Origin: Camelus dromedarius
Lineage: Eukaryota
Direction: 5' to 3'
Assembly: GCF_036321535.1 (NCBI RefSeq)
Contig: NC_087437.1
Location: 74,030,001 to 74,094,000 of the forward strand
Length of the DNA: 64,000 nt
Shown here: positions 1-13,900 of the stretch, one piece after another
Layout of the letters: the number at the start of each line of letters is the position of its first letter
Position numbering within the stretch: position 1 is the first letter of the stretch
Translations under genes and position numbers: made by a program
The notes under the pieces: generated by a model
The model's input: only the letters and a program-made list of their open reading frames with translations
Told to the model about the DNA's origin: nothing
Databases searched by the model: none

Positions 1-1796
1 GCAGGAACTGATTTAAAGAGAAAAAATTAGGAACATGATAAGCACTGGGTTCTCAAGTAACTTTTTAATAAAAACTCTATTGCCTCCAACAAAATATTTG
101 TCATTGAGAACAACAGTATGATTACGTATCTGATTTTATGCACATTTATAATCATTCGTTTTTTCAAGGAACTTTTTACTAGCCCCCTTCACGGTTTTGA
201 TATGAACTAGGAAGTTCTGCCACACTGAGGATATTCTCAGAGAGGAGCAGGCAAGCAGTGGGGCAATGTCAAACCAACCATGAACCAGAGGGAAGCTTTG
301 TTTCTGCCAAGCAGAAATTTTACAATGCTCCTGGACATTCTTGTATGCCTTGGGAGGGAGAAAAAAATGTAGCGATCCCAGAATACCTAGTACACTTCGT
401 CAGGAACATAAAAAGCCCTGTGTGTATAAAGGGGCTACAACTCGATCGGGTGTGCAGAGCAGTCTTCTGGCTCATATTATGCAATGACACAGAATCCTAC
501 GTGCTCAGTCTAAGAAACAGGGTGAGGAATCTCTACCATGGATGCAGAATTAAATCCTGTGAGATCTGCTGGAATTCAGTAATAAACATTTACAGACCTT
601 ACTGATTCAATATTCAATTTGATGCATTTGGATAAAGCCAACACTGCCCAGCTGTTTCCCAACAAGGTGGCTAGGGAAGTAAAGTAGCATTGGAATAGCC
701 CCAACAAAGAGCTGACATTTTGGTAAATTTGAAGGGGCACGTTAGATGACCCAGAAAATGCCATTCCAGCAAAAGCAAGGACAGACGTCTCTAGGTCAGG
801 GGTATTCTGGCATCTGAAGAGTGCACAGGTACAACTGGCCTCCCCTGATCTTCCAACAGGGGAAACACACTGGGAAGCAGTCCAACTTGGTTGAAAAGGT
901 TGGTAGAAAACCTTAATTGTTACAGCTCACCATTTTAAAAGTCAAAATGCATCACTTACTGAATTTTCAACTTCTAAGAAGGAATTTTTTTCAAGAGAAT
1001 GCTGTCAGCTTATGTATTGTATTTCAAAGGTCTCAGAAAGTACATGTTTGTCTTGATCTCAGTCCTCATCAGGACTAGTGTGAATGCCATAATTTTCATT
1101 TTTCTTATGGGAAATAAAGAAGGTGAGGAATAATAAATAATGTGACACTAGTATTTTTTGAGTTGTTATCAGATTATATTCTTATTTCCACCCCTTGTTA
1201 CTGACCCAACATATCCCTGAAACACAAATGTACACCTATCCATAAAAATCATCTTAAGAACAATAAGCCTTAGAGTTCCCATTTCAAAAGCCCTCTTTTC
1301 CTCTGGATCAATTCTGACTAATACATTCAGATAAAGGAGAAGTCAGTGACTCATTCAAAAACCAACCAGAAAGAAACAGATTTACTTTGGCATCCTTAGA
1401 GGCCAACCTCTAGATAAAGAAAGTGTCAGATGGCAAGGCTGGTAACTCTTCCTCCTTCTTTCCTTGCTTCTCTGGGAGCTGAGTGACAGCATCAATCCCC
1501 TGCTCAGAAAGCAGCAAAATAAGATGGTCCACAGCAGTCAGTGCTCATGTCCCAGAGCAAACAGTGGAGTGAGGGTAAGCTGACAAAGACATCCTGCCCT
1601 CAGTCATGCCTTATGCCAAACAAATCCTTACAGCCTCTGGGTTCCTATGATAACTATTATTACCATTCTGTAGAAACAAGATAGCTGGCAGAAGAGTTCA
1701 GTTACACAAACGATTGCAGATATTTTCAGAACTCTGGCTAGACTCAGTCTAGTAATCCATGTCTCAGGTTTGGATTTTTGGTGAGTCAAATGTTAT

Positions 1797-2217
1797 CAAA
1801 AAAAGAATGAAATACTGCCATTTGTAGCAATGTGGATGGACCTAAAGAATATTATGCTTAGTGAAATAAGTCAGAGAAAGACAAATACCATATTAGATTA
1901 CTTATGTATGTAATCAAAAAAGTAATACAAATGAATGTATATGCAAATAAGAAACAGACCCACAGACATAGAAAACAAACTTGTGGTGACCAAAGGAGAG
2001 AAAGGAGTGGGGTGGGGACAAATTAGGGGTATTGGTTAACAGATACCCACTACTATGTATAAAATAGATAAGTAACAAGGATATACAACATAGCATAGGG
2101 AATTATTACCTTGTAATAACCTATTACGGAGTATAATCTGCAAAGATACTGAATAACTATGCTGTACACCTGGTACTAACATGATAATATAAATCAACTA
2201 TATTTCAATTTAAAAAT
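1797..2217 (+). mobile_element. L1 3' end (ORF2 terminus + 3' UTR), cetartiodactyl-type, 5'-truncated
   Basis: gccatttgtagcaatgtggatggacct...gtgaaataagtcagagaaagacaaatacca (L1 ORF2 C-terminus), then a 3' UTR ending gctgtacacctggtactaac...aaatcaactatatttcaatttaaaaa. Confidence 0.9.
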
Positions 2218-5200
2218 AGTTCCTGCTCTCCTCTGTTGGAGTTTATTTGATACCAACTAGTAAAATATCATATGCAGTAATTATACATTTTACTATTTGT
2301 CAACCGTAAATCACTTATGCAGTGTCAGCTCAGCCTAGAGAGGAAAATTAGGGCATGTAAGTTACCACATTGCAGAACTATTCAACTTGGAAAATATCTA
2401 CCTGAACATTTTTAGCATTTTTTTTAAAAAAGACCTTTTTGAAAAGATCATTTTTATGTCACATTTAACTAAAGTACTGCATTCGTTTGTGTATCTTGCA
2501 GTCAAATCATGTTGCGAGTACAAATCTGTGTGTAGTTCACCAGGTCTCATTTTAAAGGGCATTTGGTGAAGGTTTGTTTTGTCAGTGGATTAAATGACTA
2601 GACAACTTGTCATTCTCCCAATGTTGATATGGGCAGCCATTAAGCTCCACTGACTGATGGTCTATATTTTATAAATAAGTAAATGCATAAATGATAATTT
2701 CTGGACTTCTATTTGAGTCAGCCCCCCACCCCACCCCAATATCACTGAGGCTTTTTGGTTACTGCACAGAGAACCCTGGACATTAAATTACATCATATTC
2801 ATCTGCCAATCGCTTATGCCTTAAAAAAAGAAAAAAAGATGATTGCTGATGATCTAGTCTACTGACGTATGTGGTGTCAGTCTTCCAGGCTGCCTTCTAG
2901 AAACGATCACCCCTCTGTTGATGCTATTGTGACTCATTTTTTCCTCTCAGCTCAAGAAGGAAGAAGTCTCAGTTTGAACCCATTTTTCAGTTCTCTCTAG
3001 CCCCAAGTGAGGGAGTGTTCTGGTCTCTGAGTGCATGTGTGTTTGTTGGGGTTGACCTCTATTGACAATCAGGAGGTAAGGTATAAAACTTCTCTTTTTC
3101 TTTTCTCAGAGTGAGGCATTTTATATAAACAAGCATGAGTGATGGACTCTAAGGAAAGACTTCTACTTCCCATCGATTAAAGTCTCCCTGGCAAATAAGA
3201 GCCTAGGATTATAGAAGCTTAACAGGCATAGGAATCACTGTGGGGCTTGTTCAGTTCTGGTCCTCAGATCCTGTTCTGCTACCTGTTTCTTTAAAAAAAT
3301 GTGCAATTGTTCTTATATTTCAAAATCATGCAATTATACTATTTTAGAGAATCCCAAAGGGGATTCTATACAAACTAGTTAAATATGATTTAAAAGAAAA
3401 AGTATTTGGTGGTCACAAAATTTCAGGGAATGTTCACTATCTTCTCCTCTTGGAGATTTCAAATGCAGGATTACTGTACAGAGGATACTACCGTGAAGAA
3501 ATCTCTTTACATCGGTTTAATCCAAGACTTCCAATATTTCCTGCACTTACTTGGTAAACAGAACATTTCTGAAGGCAACATCTATGAAGGCGAGAAGCAG
3601 CTCTCCATGGAACACACTGGAGAAGCTCTGTTTAGACACTGATACTCATATTTGTACTGTTCTGTTTTTCAAATTCCCTAGATTATAGGAGGTCAGGAGC
3701 AGATGCAGAGCATGCTATAGAAAAAACAATATAGGGTTTAGAAAGGCAGACTTGCATTTGAGCTGCACTTTGGGAACCAAGGCAATGTTCCCTGTTGCTG
3801 AGCTCAACACGGAGTGTGTGGAAACCTCCAGCAAAACCCACCATGCTCGACTGTAGGATATTTGAACCTAGACCTGGAAAACAAGCATTTCATCCAAGAA
3901 TATGACAGACTACTGACCACAGGTCTTGTCCCATATTCTTGCACTGAGTGGGGGAAGATCTCCCCCACAAAACGGCCACACTTCTTGATGACACTGGCAA
4001 GTGAGGTCTCGGAGTTGAATTTTGTGCAATTTAGAAAAAAACATGTAAGAATAAAATGTAAGAATTTTGGTGCATTAAGTATTTTAGAAGAACTTATATT
4101 TATTATATCTAAAAGCCTTTATTAAATATAATAACAAAACAGCAGCAGTTAAAGTAAGGGCAGGAAGGACCTAAAGAGAGAGTAAACAGGGGAAAACAAA
4201 CATAGAGCTGAAATACAGAAGAATAATTACAAATTGGCTTTGGCTCAAAAAGAAGAGACCCGATGCAATTAGAGACATGCCACATGAATTCATGCCCTCC
4301 TGCTTCTTTCATACTGTTCAGCATTTTCTTGTGAAATATTATTGTCAAGCTAATTCTGAGAATTTGGGCTAGACCAGAGAAGCACCAAATCTCAAATACG
4401 GCTCCTGCCTATGTGTCACTGTAGGTTTCTTCTGTCTTATGAGACGGTTTCACTAGGGACTCACCATTACTGTAATACTGGAATAAAAATATTATTAACA
4501 AAACTACACTGTAATTCTCAAGCTGTACCTATGACATTTTGCCTATGAAAATATTTATTATTATACCACACAAAACTATTTTTGCAAAATACAGCACTTT
4601 GAACATGTTAAGGAATAATAAAATTGGCTTTGATGCCTAGCGAATATATCTAGAGTTTCAATTATTTTTGACATTTATTATTGATCTCCAATCAAAACAG
4701 CTATGAAACAAAAAAGGCAAATTTAAATTCTTATGTTAAGATAAACACTAATACTGTGGAGATGATTAAACTTTCTATATTAGTCACATCTACATTTTAT
4801 AGAAATCAAAAAGGAATAGGTGAGGTGAGGGTAATCACTTAGAATTTTTTTTAAAATTTGAAAAAATTTCACTACCACTTTTTGGTGAACAATAGCTTTA
4901 CTTTGCCCTATTAACTCTGATGGATAATGAAGCAACAATTTCAACATTACTGAAGTCCTATGGATTTGCATGCTCTGAGATCAAATGTATGCATGCATTT
5001 TCACCACTTGATAATGTGATTTTATAATTTTTTTCATATATTACATGAAACCAGCATGGGAACCCCATTCATCAGAATAAAATGTAATAACTTCCAGAGA
5101 GACTCATCCAGGCCACATGGTAAACTGTACCAAAGTTGCCTTCCCTAATACATATGTTTTTACATATAGTTTAGGTTGATCTTTGGGACTATTAACATTT

Positions 5201-5687
5201 GCATTCATTTCAGAAATATTTATTGGCCAACTATCTACCAGGCAATGCATTAGTCACTGGAGGTAAATCAGTGAATATTTAAAAAGATAAGATTTCTATT
5301 CTCAATCCTCCCATTGAATGCACATTCCAGCATGAATGGGGATGGGAGAGATGGTGAGGGAGACAATACAAAATAAAACAAATAAACAAAATAATTTCAA
5401 ACAGTGTGAACGTAACAGGATAAAACACGGTGATGTAAACAGAATCACTGAGGGAGTTAACGTGTGATTGAGAAAAGTCTTACTGAAGAAAACAAATTTA
5501 AGCTGCAATCTGAAAAATAAGGGCAAGTCAATATTTGGAGAGTAAAAAGAACATTCTAGTTGCAATGTTATCACAATTACAAAGTTCCTGTAAAAGAAGA
5601 GGTTAGTTTCTACGAGTTACAGGAAGAAAATCATGAGACTGGAGCATGATGAGTGAGTGACAGGAAGGTATGCCACGTGGTGAGGAA

Positions 5688-5907
5688 CAGGGGGACACCA
5701 AGGTGGAGAGGTGTGGGATTGGTCTGTCCTGGAGGGGAGGGCATTGCTGGTGCATGACAACAAAAAGCAGATTGAGTTGGTCTCATTATCGAGTTACCTG
5801 CAGACAATACAACCCTCTGTTGCCCACACCTGGCGGGGGGGAGGGGCAGCAGGGAAGGGACTGGATTGCCTCTCCTCACACAGTCATGCACACAAACACC
5901 ACCCCTG
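5688..5907 (-). mobile_element. hAT-type MITE (MER96-like)
   Basis: Termini cagggg... / ...cccctg are inverted; internal aaaaagcagattga and cagacaatacaaccctctgttgccc resemble recalled MER96 consensus; degenerate 8-bp flanks gtgaggaa/gtgaatga. Confidence 0.55.
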
Positions 5908-5950
5908 GTGAATGACTACTGAGTGAGGGTGATTCCAACCCCGCACAGGG

Positions 5951-6277
5951 CAGAGGTGCTAAGTCTTGGCTGAGGGATTAGAACTGATCCACATATGTGT
6001 TTTATTTGGCTTGCACATTATTTTGGAAAAGAAATTGAATCCTTTTCAATATTCAAAAATTAGGAGATTTTACATAAAATTGTGGATTTAAAGCTTCTCT
6101 TCAAATACCAGATCATGTGGCAACAATGACCCCACTTTTATCCACAAAAGTCATGCCATGTAGATAGGGCAGTCATGTTCCACTTGGCCACAGTGTCTAC
6201 TATTCCACACTGTCTCACCTCCATTCTACTTTATTTACTTCCTTCTTGTCCCTGTAGGCTCTTGGTTTTGTCATCCT
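5951..6277 (-). mobile_element. hAT-Charlie MITE (MER102-like)
   Basis: taggagattttacataaaattgtggatttaaagcttctcttc...cagatcatgtggcaaca and terminal ccctgtaggc...ttttgtcatcct match recalled MER102 in reverse. Confidence 0.7.
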
Positions 6278-7614
6278 ATAGAGAAAGCACGAGATGGGTT
6301 TGTTCAGTGTATGTTTACGCGGGGGACTGATATCAGTCGATTTTTAAAAAATGAGTCTGTTGCTGTAAGGAGGATAGATTCTTTATAGATGGGAAGGAGT
6401 GGGACCAAAGAAACCAGCTGAGGAAGACAACAGAATATCCAAAGGAAATAAAATAGTAGCTTGGAGGAGAGCAGAGGTAGTGCGGATGAAGAGAAATGGA
6501 TGAGACAAAGAATTGGACTTCCTGGTGGATTTGGTGGTGTTGGGGTGTGACTAAGGGAGGAAAAGTTGGAGGGTTAAATATGAGTCTAGATTTCTGACTT
6601 GCAAATGTTTAGGCGTGAAAATATTGGGTTAATATGGGTGAGAATGAAAGAAGCTTAGAAGTCAGTTAAAGTTAAAATGGCTTCATTCCTTTGATAACTG
6701 TGTAAGTTTAAAAAGCTAAAGCTCTAATCTGTTCTTAGAAACGATGATCAGTACATATATGTAAATTTAAGAAGTGCAATATATTGTATATATGTATTTA
6801 CATGCAATATAATGTATATGTGTAGTCAAACTGTAATAATTCCACCTAATAAAACTGAAAAAGCAAAAAAATTAAAATGGCTTCTGTTTGATTTTTTGGA
6901 ACTAGTCATGAAAAGCTAGAAATTTGCTTAGTGTTCTTAAATGAAAAGACTCAATATCTAAAAATCTAGCACTCTTCTTTTATTTTCAGTACTGACTCAA
7001 TTGCATAACATCATTTTCCTTTTCTAGCCTTTGTTCTTCCCTTTTCTTCATAACCAGAAGATCTAGTTTCTCTGCTGCTTTTTTATACTTACGGTTAGCA
7101 ACATATCTTTTAGGATACAATGTATAGTTACACTGTAAATAGGTTAATGAGGCTTGATGTGAGGTACAAATTATTGAATTCTTTTCCTTTAGTTTTATGG
7201 ATAGCCACAGCGCTGGTCTATTCTTTGCTCAGTGCAATTATCTCAGAGGAGTTGCTGGTAAAAATGTGTTCCCATATAACACTACTTAATAGTGTTAACT
7301 AGCCACTTAATTACTGCATCTAAATAAGTCAAACATATTTAGATATTAAGGATTCTGTGAAGATCTTGTGTGCTGCCATCATTTAGAGAGGCTGTGGACT
7401 CCAGAAAGAAGGTCTGGAGGAGTCAAGGCCAAATGTCCTGAGGAAAGTTGAATATGTGCCTCTAAGAGGCAGAGACTGAGGGGCGGGGGCTGACTAATGG
7501 AGGGAACTTGAAACAAGAAATTCTTCCCCTTCTAGATGCTGTGGAGTTGGGAGGGCAACAATGGGTGCCCTTGTGTTAGAGGTCACATGAATGAGTGGGG
7601 AGTTTATAGGACCT

Positions 7615-8045
7615 TCGTCCTTAATTTGCTAGGGCTTCCATAACAAAGTACCATAAACTGATTGGCTTAAATGACAGCAATGTATGTCTCGTGGTTCCGG
7701 AGGCTAGAAGTCTGAGATCAAGGCGTCAGCAGGGCCACGCTCTCTCTGAAGGTGCTAGGAAAGAATCTAAGCCTCTCTCCTAGCTTCCAGTGACCCCTTT
7801 GTTCACAGGAGCGTAACTGCAGATTTCACACGGTGTTCTCCCTGTGTGCGTGTGGGTTCAAACGTGTCCTTTTCATAAGGATACTAGCCATGGCAGATCG
7901 GGGGCCCACTCTATTCCAGTATGACTCATCTTAGTTAATTTACATCTGCAGTGACCCCATTTCCAAATAGGATCCTATTCTGAGGTTCTTGGGGTTAGGA
8001 CTTTAAAATATGAATTTGGAGAGGTACATATTTCAACCCAAAACA
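7615..8045 (-). mobile_element. MaLR solo LTR (MLT1 family)
   Basis: ccataacaaagtaccataaactgattggcttaaa...ggaggctagaagtctgagatcaagg...tttcaacccaaaaca. Confidence 0.85.
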
Positions 8046-8834
8046 TCTTCCTTATCAGTACATGATCCGGAGCTCACCTGGTCCTCCATCTCTTTTATGT
8101 CATTGGTGCAGTCGAGCTGCTCTGTATTAAGTGAGCCTGCAACATAGCCACTCACCTGCAACTGCACACAATTATAAAGGGTAACAAAGGAGAAAGATCT
8201 GGCAAAATGGCAGACAGCGATACCTCAGAGATCAAAGTCAAAACTGGACAGAGGAAAACAGAGAGATGAAGATGGCAACACACTTAGAGGGGAAGAAAAA
8301 CGTAACTTTGTTTATAGAAAAAGAAAAACTTACCGCTCTTTTTCTCCTCCATTCAATTTATGAAAAGTGCAGAGATTGCTAAACTCATAGCTGAAGATAC
8401 TCCATGGATGGCAGAGAGCTCTGTAGATTCTAGATGGATTAGGAAGGGCACCCTCAAGGGGAGTTCGGAAAAAGAAAACCACCTCTCAAAACTTAAAATA
8501 ACCGTTGGCAAGACAAAGGACATCCATACTTTGAGACAATGACAATTATTTGTAAATGTGTTCCACTATACAAATTAAGGAGCCAGGTTTGTTATACTGC
8601 TTACTTTGCTAATGAAATTACTGTTCAGATAGCCCCACAGTAAAAATGCTGGCATGACTGTCTCATGTTTCAGTTATTACTGAGAGTGGTAAGAAAGAGA
8701 AACATGCCCACAATAGCAAGAGAACTTGTGAAAACATGCACTGATGTTTATATTGCATTTCAAATTCAAAGGATAATATTTTCTGACCTGAATTAGTTTC
8801 CTATTGCTTGTCAATGTGAACAGAATAAATTCTA

Positions 8835-9290
8835 TTCTCCCACACACAGTGGCGTAAGATAACACAAATGTACTATCTTACAGTTCTGTGGGTCACGAGT
8901 CCAACATTGGTCTCAATAGGCTAAAATTAAGGTGTCAGTGGGGCTGTGTTCCTCCCTGGCAGTCAGCTCTAGAAAATTCACTTCTTTTCCTTTTCCAGCT
9001 TCTTTTGTCTTGGCTCAGAGCCCCTTCCTCCATTTTCAAAGCCAGCACCATCACCTCTCTCTGACCATTCTTTCTTAGCCACGTGTTGCTCTGAACAGAG
9101 CTGGACAATCTCTGCTCTTAAGGACTATTGTGATTAAACCGAGGGCACTGGAGTAACTCAGTACCATCCCCCTATTTCAAGGTGTATGTCCTTAATCACA
9201 GTTGCAAAATCTCCTTCGCCATGTAAGGTAACGTATTCACAGGTTCCAGAAGATATGGACATCTTCAGAAATTTATTATTCTGCCTACCT
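8835..9290 (-). mobile_element. MaLR solo LTR (MLT1C/D-like)
   Basis: tcttacagttctgtgggtca...ggctaaaattaaggtgtcag...gccatgtaaggtaacgtattcacaggttcca...attctgcctacc. Confidence 0.85.
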
Positions 9291-9639
9291 CGTGACCGTC
9301 TGCACCTATTCTGGGGCTACAGTCAATCTGGACACTGCAACCATCTATCAATGTATTAACTACGGGGGTACTTGTTTAATAAATGCTTATTAATCAGTTT
9401 ATTAGCATAAATGAATTCATAATTCTCACAAAAGTTATCCTGAAGTATCCCAACTAATAACGTCAAACCATGCCAAGTAGTGTGTCATTTCTGAACAAGC
9501 CAAGCAATTGCTCTTCAGAAAATGAGGAACACCTGCACGCACTAAGATGTAAGATGCATGCACACATTGTAAGAAAAATCAGAATTTTTTTTTTCCTTAG
9601 GGCAAAGTAAAGGGCAAAAGGGATGGTTAAAATAAATAC

Positions 9640-10010
9640 AAACTAGGGGCTAGGGGAGGAAGGGAAGGATGAATAGGTGGAGCACAGAGGACTTTCAGAG
9701 CAGTGAAATTATTCTGCGTGATACTATAATGGGTACTTGTCATTATACATTTGTCAAAACCCATAGGATGTAAAAAAAAACCGACAATAAACTCTATTGT
9801 CATCTATAGACTTTGGGTGATGATTTTGTCAATGTAAGTCAATGTAAATTTTAACAAATGTCCACTCTTTGGGGGGGTGTTGACAGGGGGAGGGGCTATA
9901 TATGCGTGGCAGCAGGGTGTCTATAGGAACTCTGAACTCTACACTTACTTTGCCATGAATCTAAATCTTCTCTAAAAAATTCAGCTTATTAAAATAAATA
10001 AATACAAATA
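9640..10010 (+). mobile_element. Old L1 3' UTR (L1MC-like)
   Basis: gatgaataggtggagcacagaggacttt...cattatacatttgtcaaaacccatag...tctctaaaaaat plus an A-rich tail. Confidence 0.85.
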
Positions 10011-10224
10011 TAAAAATCAGACATAAGTGTTCAAGGATAAAAATACATAATCATTTAGGGTCTGACTTGGAAAAAAGAACTATCAGACCAAAGCATCATT
10101 GTATTGATTCATCTGAAGCGTCATAAACAAACATCTCTGATTTTGAATGGAAGTTGAAATGTCCTGAATAGTAATCTATATAGATTAGATAATAATAAAA
10201 TCATAAGAGGAAAAAGCAATGAAC

Positions 10225-10345
10225 AGGAAGTGAGGAGACCTAAGTTCTAGTCTTGAGCTGGTCACTAACTACCATCATGGCCACAAGGATTGTCTCTTAA
10301 CCTTTCTGGATCACAGTTTCCTTGTCTATAAATAAAATATAGAGA
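10225..10345 (+). mobile_element. MIR fragment
   Basis: gagacctaagttctagtc...cactaact...cttaacctttctggatcacagtttccttgtctataaa (MIR core). Confidence 0.7.
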
Positions 10346-10509
10346 ATAATCCTTGAAGTCTCTTATAAAGATTCAAATTTTAAATTCATGAAGGAAAGTC
10401 CACAGGTTTAAATAATTTACCAGCACAACTACCAGTGGAAAATTCTGCATGGATTAGAGGAGGGGCAGGTAGGATAACAAGAGAAAACAGGGGGGGCAGT
10501 ATGTTCCAC

Positions 10510-10690
10510 TTGATGTAGGGAAGGAAGATTTAAGCCCAAAAGGACTGGCTTTAAATCTTCACTCTGCAACTTTCAATTTGTGTGACCTTTGGGTAAGTTA
10601 CATAAGGTTTCCGATTCTCAGTTTCTTCATTTATATGAGGATAGTAAAAATGACATCACTGAGTTGCTATTAGAGACACATAAATAAATA
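10510..10690 (+). mobile_element. MIR
   Basis: tgtgtgacctttgggtaagttacataa...ctcagtttcttcatttata. Confidence 0.75.
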
Positions 10691-10699
10691 TTCTAAATA

Positions 10700-10945
10700 T
10701 TAATAATACTGTTGCTAATATTAATTGATTGCCTGTTACATAATAGATGCTGTTTTAAACACATTTTATTTGTAAAGTTTCTTGTTTTGCGCATAGACCC
10801 AGTAAAAATATGAGCTACCATTGGCCCACTGAACAGATAAGGAAATTGAAGCACAGATAAGTAACTTGCCCAAGGCCACAGGCTAGTAAGTAGAAGAATC
10901 AGGGCTGAGATTGAGTTCTTGTGGTTTCAGTTTATGTTTTTAACT
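10700..10945 (-). mobile_element. MIR
   Basis: acagataaggaaattgaagcacaga...gtaacttgcccaaggccacaggctagtaagt (reverse MIR core). Confidence 0.8.
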
Positions 10946-13900
10946 AGGCTGGCATAATTCTTTTTTCCCAGGGTTTCCATCCCATCCTTCCCAAAACAAT
11001 GGTTTAAGGGACTGACAGAACTTATCTATTGCCACGTACATAACAATTTTATTACTGTCACTAATTCCATCATATAAGACCCAACTTCCATTTTGTAAAG
11101 AATACAATATTTAAGTGTATAAAATATTATTTTGTAAATTAGTACTTCATCAGAGCAACATATTTGTGAACTCCCTGAAAAAGTAATGTGAACTTACTGA
11201 GTGATAAATTTTTAGATGTGGAAAGCACCCAGGCAATCAGCAAAATCCAACTGTTACTTAATGTAGGTGAGAAAACCAAGCCAGAAAGCTGTAAAACGTC
11301 TTGTCCGTGTTCATACAACTTATAGAAAAGAATAATTTACTCCCCATACATTCATCGTATTATTCTTAATAATTTCAATGCATTAATCATTTGTCAAAAC
11401 TGATACCTTTACAAATGTATTATGTGTAACAAACGAAATCAAGTCAAGATCGGACACCTTTAGTATATTAAGAAAGAAGAGGTTCAAACAACCTCTGGCT
11501 GGCAAAATAACCCATTTTTCCCACATCTACTACATGTTGATGATGATGAATCCAATGGCAATGTTCATTTTATAGCTTAAAATCATGGAGAACTAGCGTA
11601 GTGGTTATATTATGTGTCAGTTCATGTTTTTACTCTTACTTTATTCCATTGTGATTTTTATTAACTCAGTCCCTCTCAGTGTTGTTGGAATGGGACTGCT
11701 TATTGAGTGCTTAAATTCAAGACTATTACTGGTTGTTTTTCTGTTACCTTGTTTATTCTTAAGTCACAATTCTAATACTGCATGTTTTTATTTTACCAAT
11801 AATTTGTCCCTTTTACGTGTGCTTTAAACAAAGTCATGAACATATACCTCTCCCAGGCTGACCTGAATAGTTACAAACATAACTGGATGTGCACAATTCC
11901 AAAAATTTTCTTATACTACACTTACCTAAGAGGCTAAACAGGTGCCTCTCAAGCAAACAGTGTAATTTTTACCATCCTGACACAAGAGAACTGTGTTCTT
12001 TTACAGAGAACTATTAGGTACTAAATGTCAAAAATGCACTTCAAACCCCTTAAGAATTCAACTCTGACTAAAATAACCAAGAAACCCATATTAAGATTTT
12101 CTTATGTCTCTTAAGAGTAAAATTACTGATTATTCTAACCAGCATATCTGCCAGAAAACTTTACTTGAAATTTCTAAGGTATCTTCAGTTTAAATACTCC
12201 CTTGAAAAGCTTATTTGAATGAATTGCTTTGTGGTGAAAAACCTATTTCCTCTCTCTTACAATTGAAATAATTGTAAGCCATAGCATTGGCTACTATGGC
12301 CATCCAGACATTGGTTGTGCTAGTATTGCTATATTTCGGTTTTCAAACATGTGCTGTTCTCTAATATGCTTTACTTTCAGTCATTTCAATTGCATTATTT
12401 TCTCGTATAAGAAGCCAGAATACGTTATTGGCAGCCATGCATTGTAAGGAGATGCAATTGATTCCTAGGATAAAGGAGCCTCTTTCTAACACATTTTAGC
12501 ATAAGCAGGCATTATGGTCCACATTCCTTAGGACAGATGAAATCTATGAAAGTACAGATTTAGATGTGCATCTCAATGCTACAGTGTTGGTTTCCCATAA
12601 ATATGCGTCGAAAATGAATGCAAATAAATACAGCGTTTAGGACTGCCACTACAGACGCAGGTGTGGGAAGATGGCCAAGTTTTCTTAGCTCAAGTTTTTA
12701 ACTTCACCTCAGTTAACCAACTGAATGTTCTTGGATAAGCATCATGTATATGATGAGCTAGGATTTAACCAGGAAGACAAGATTAACATTCAGACCCTGC
12801 AGGCTCTCTGATCCTCTTTCTGAAACAATCTCTGAAGACTAGGCTTTAATTGTGAACAAGCAAACACTAGTCTGGATTGTGTGAACAATTGAACAGATGA
12901 AATGAGACAGAAGTTTTCTCTGCAGGTGGGTTAACAGCTGCTGCCAAATACCTCTCTATCTTCACGTCTCGAAGCAAGCCTTATAGCAGGTCGGTTGAAT
13001 CATTTTTCTGTCATGAAGCTTCAAGAGCTGAAAAGTTCTGTTTCTCATGAAAAATGTGATTGATGCCGAAGGCTAAGCCCTTTGATTCTCTAAGAGACAA
13101 AGCTTTTGATCCACTGAAATAATACTGCTTCATTTTATAAAATATATTTAAGTTATCTCCCATTTTATTTTTCTGAAGTTGAAATCATTAGAAAAATTAG
13201 CCCTCTAAATTTAATTGCCTATAATTTTGCTATCAAGACAGCCCATCAAAGTACTCTACAAACAGAGGAGTGATTGAAAATGAGAGACAAGTGTCTAGCT
13301 ATCTGCAAAACTAATTTGAACACTAAATTAGAATCACTCTGTTTTGCTTTGCTAAGATTTCCTTCATTTGCATCTTGTGTACATACCTCCCCCTCCAAAT
13401 ACATCTCTCCCACATTTCTCTAACATTATGTAAAATGATGATGCCAGAATGCATCTCCAGGGCTGAGCTTGCAATCAGTTTGATTTTCAAGAATCAAATC
13501 CCAACTGTAGGAAATGAATAAAATTCAGGGACGTTGTTGATTTAAAGATCTACAAATATGTAGTTGAGAGGAAGAGGAAGAAGAGAAGTGGGAATAAAAA
13601 GGTAACTGACAATTAATATATGGGTATTTAAGAAATTCTCTGTGATTTCCAGAGTCCAACAAAATGACTGACTCTCCTGTTTCTCCAATCTCAGCCAAAA
13701 TTTGTTTCACATGAGCCTTTTAGAATAATCACTTGTTCAATTATTAACTTGCTTAAAAAAGTGTTGCTCGTCCTGTTTCAACAGGTGCAACTTCAAATAA
13801 TAATGTCAGTATAAGGCATTGTAACACAGGTGGAATAAAAAATGGTATATCACGTTGTTTCATGATCCATAAACGTCTTCTACTCAGGAATTTTAGGTTA

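Larger units (their letters stand above)
5201..6605 (-). mobile_element. L2 LINE remnant interrupted by two DNA-transposon insertions
   Basis: cattcatttcagaaatatttattgg...ccaggca is the reverse complement of the L2 3' terminus; L2-like purine-rich sequence resumes at ~6280-6605 (ggatttggtggtgttggggtgtga...tagatttctgacttg). Confidence 0.7.

Noticed and set aside
2951..3075. Plus-strand coding exon (ttcctctcag| ... GAG|gtaagg)
   Set aside because: Splice-like signals are present, but the frames I translated contain stops, no peptide is recognisable and there are no supported partner exons.
10510..10945. Tail-to-tail MIRs as a dsRNA hairpin
   Set aside because: The copies are too diverged for extensive pairing.
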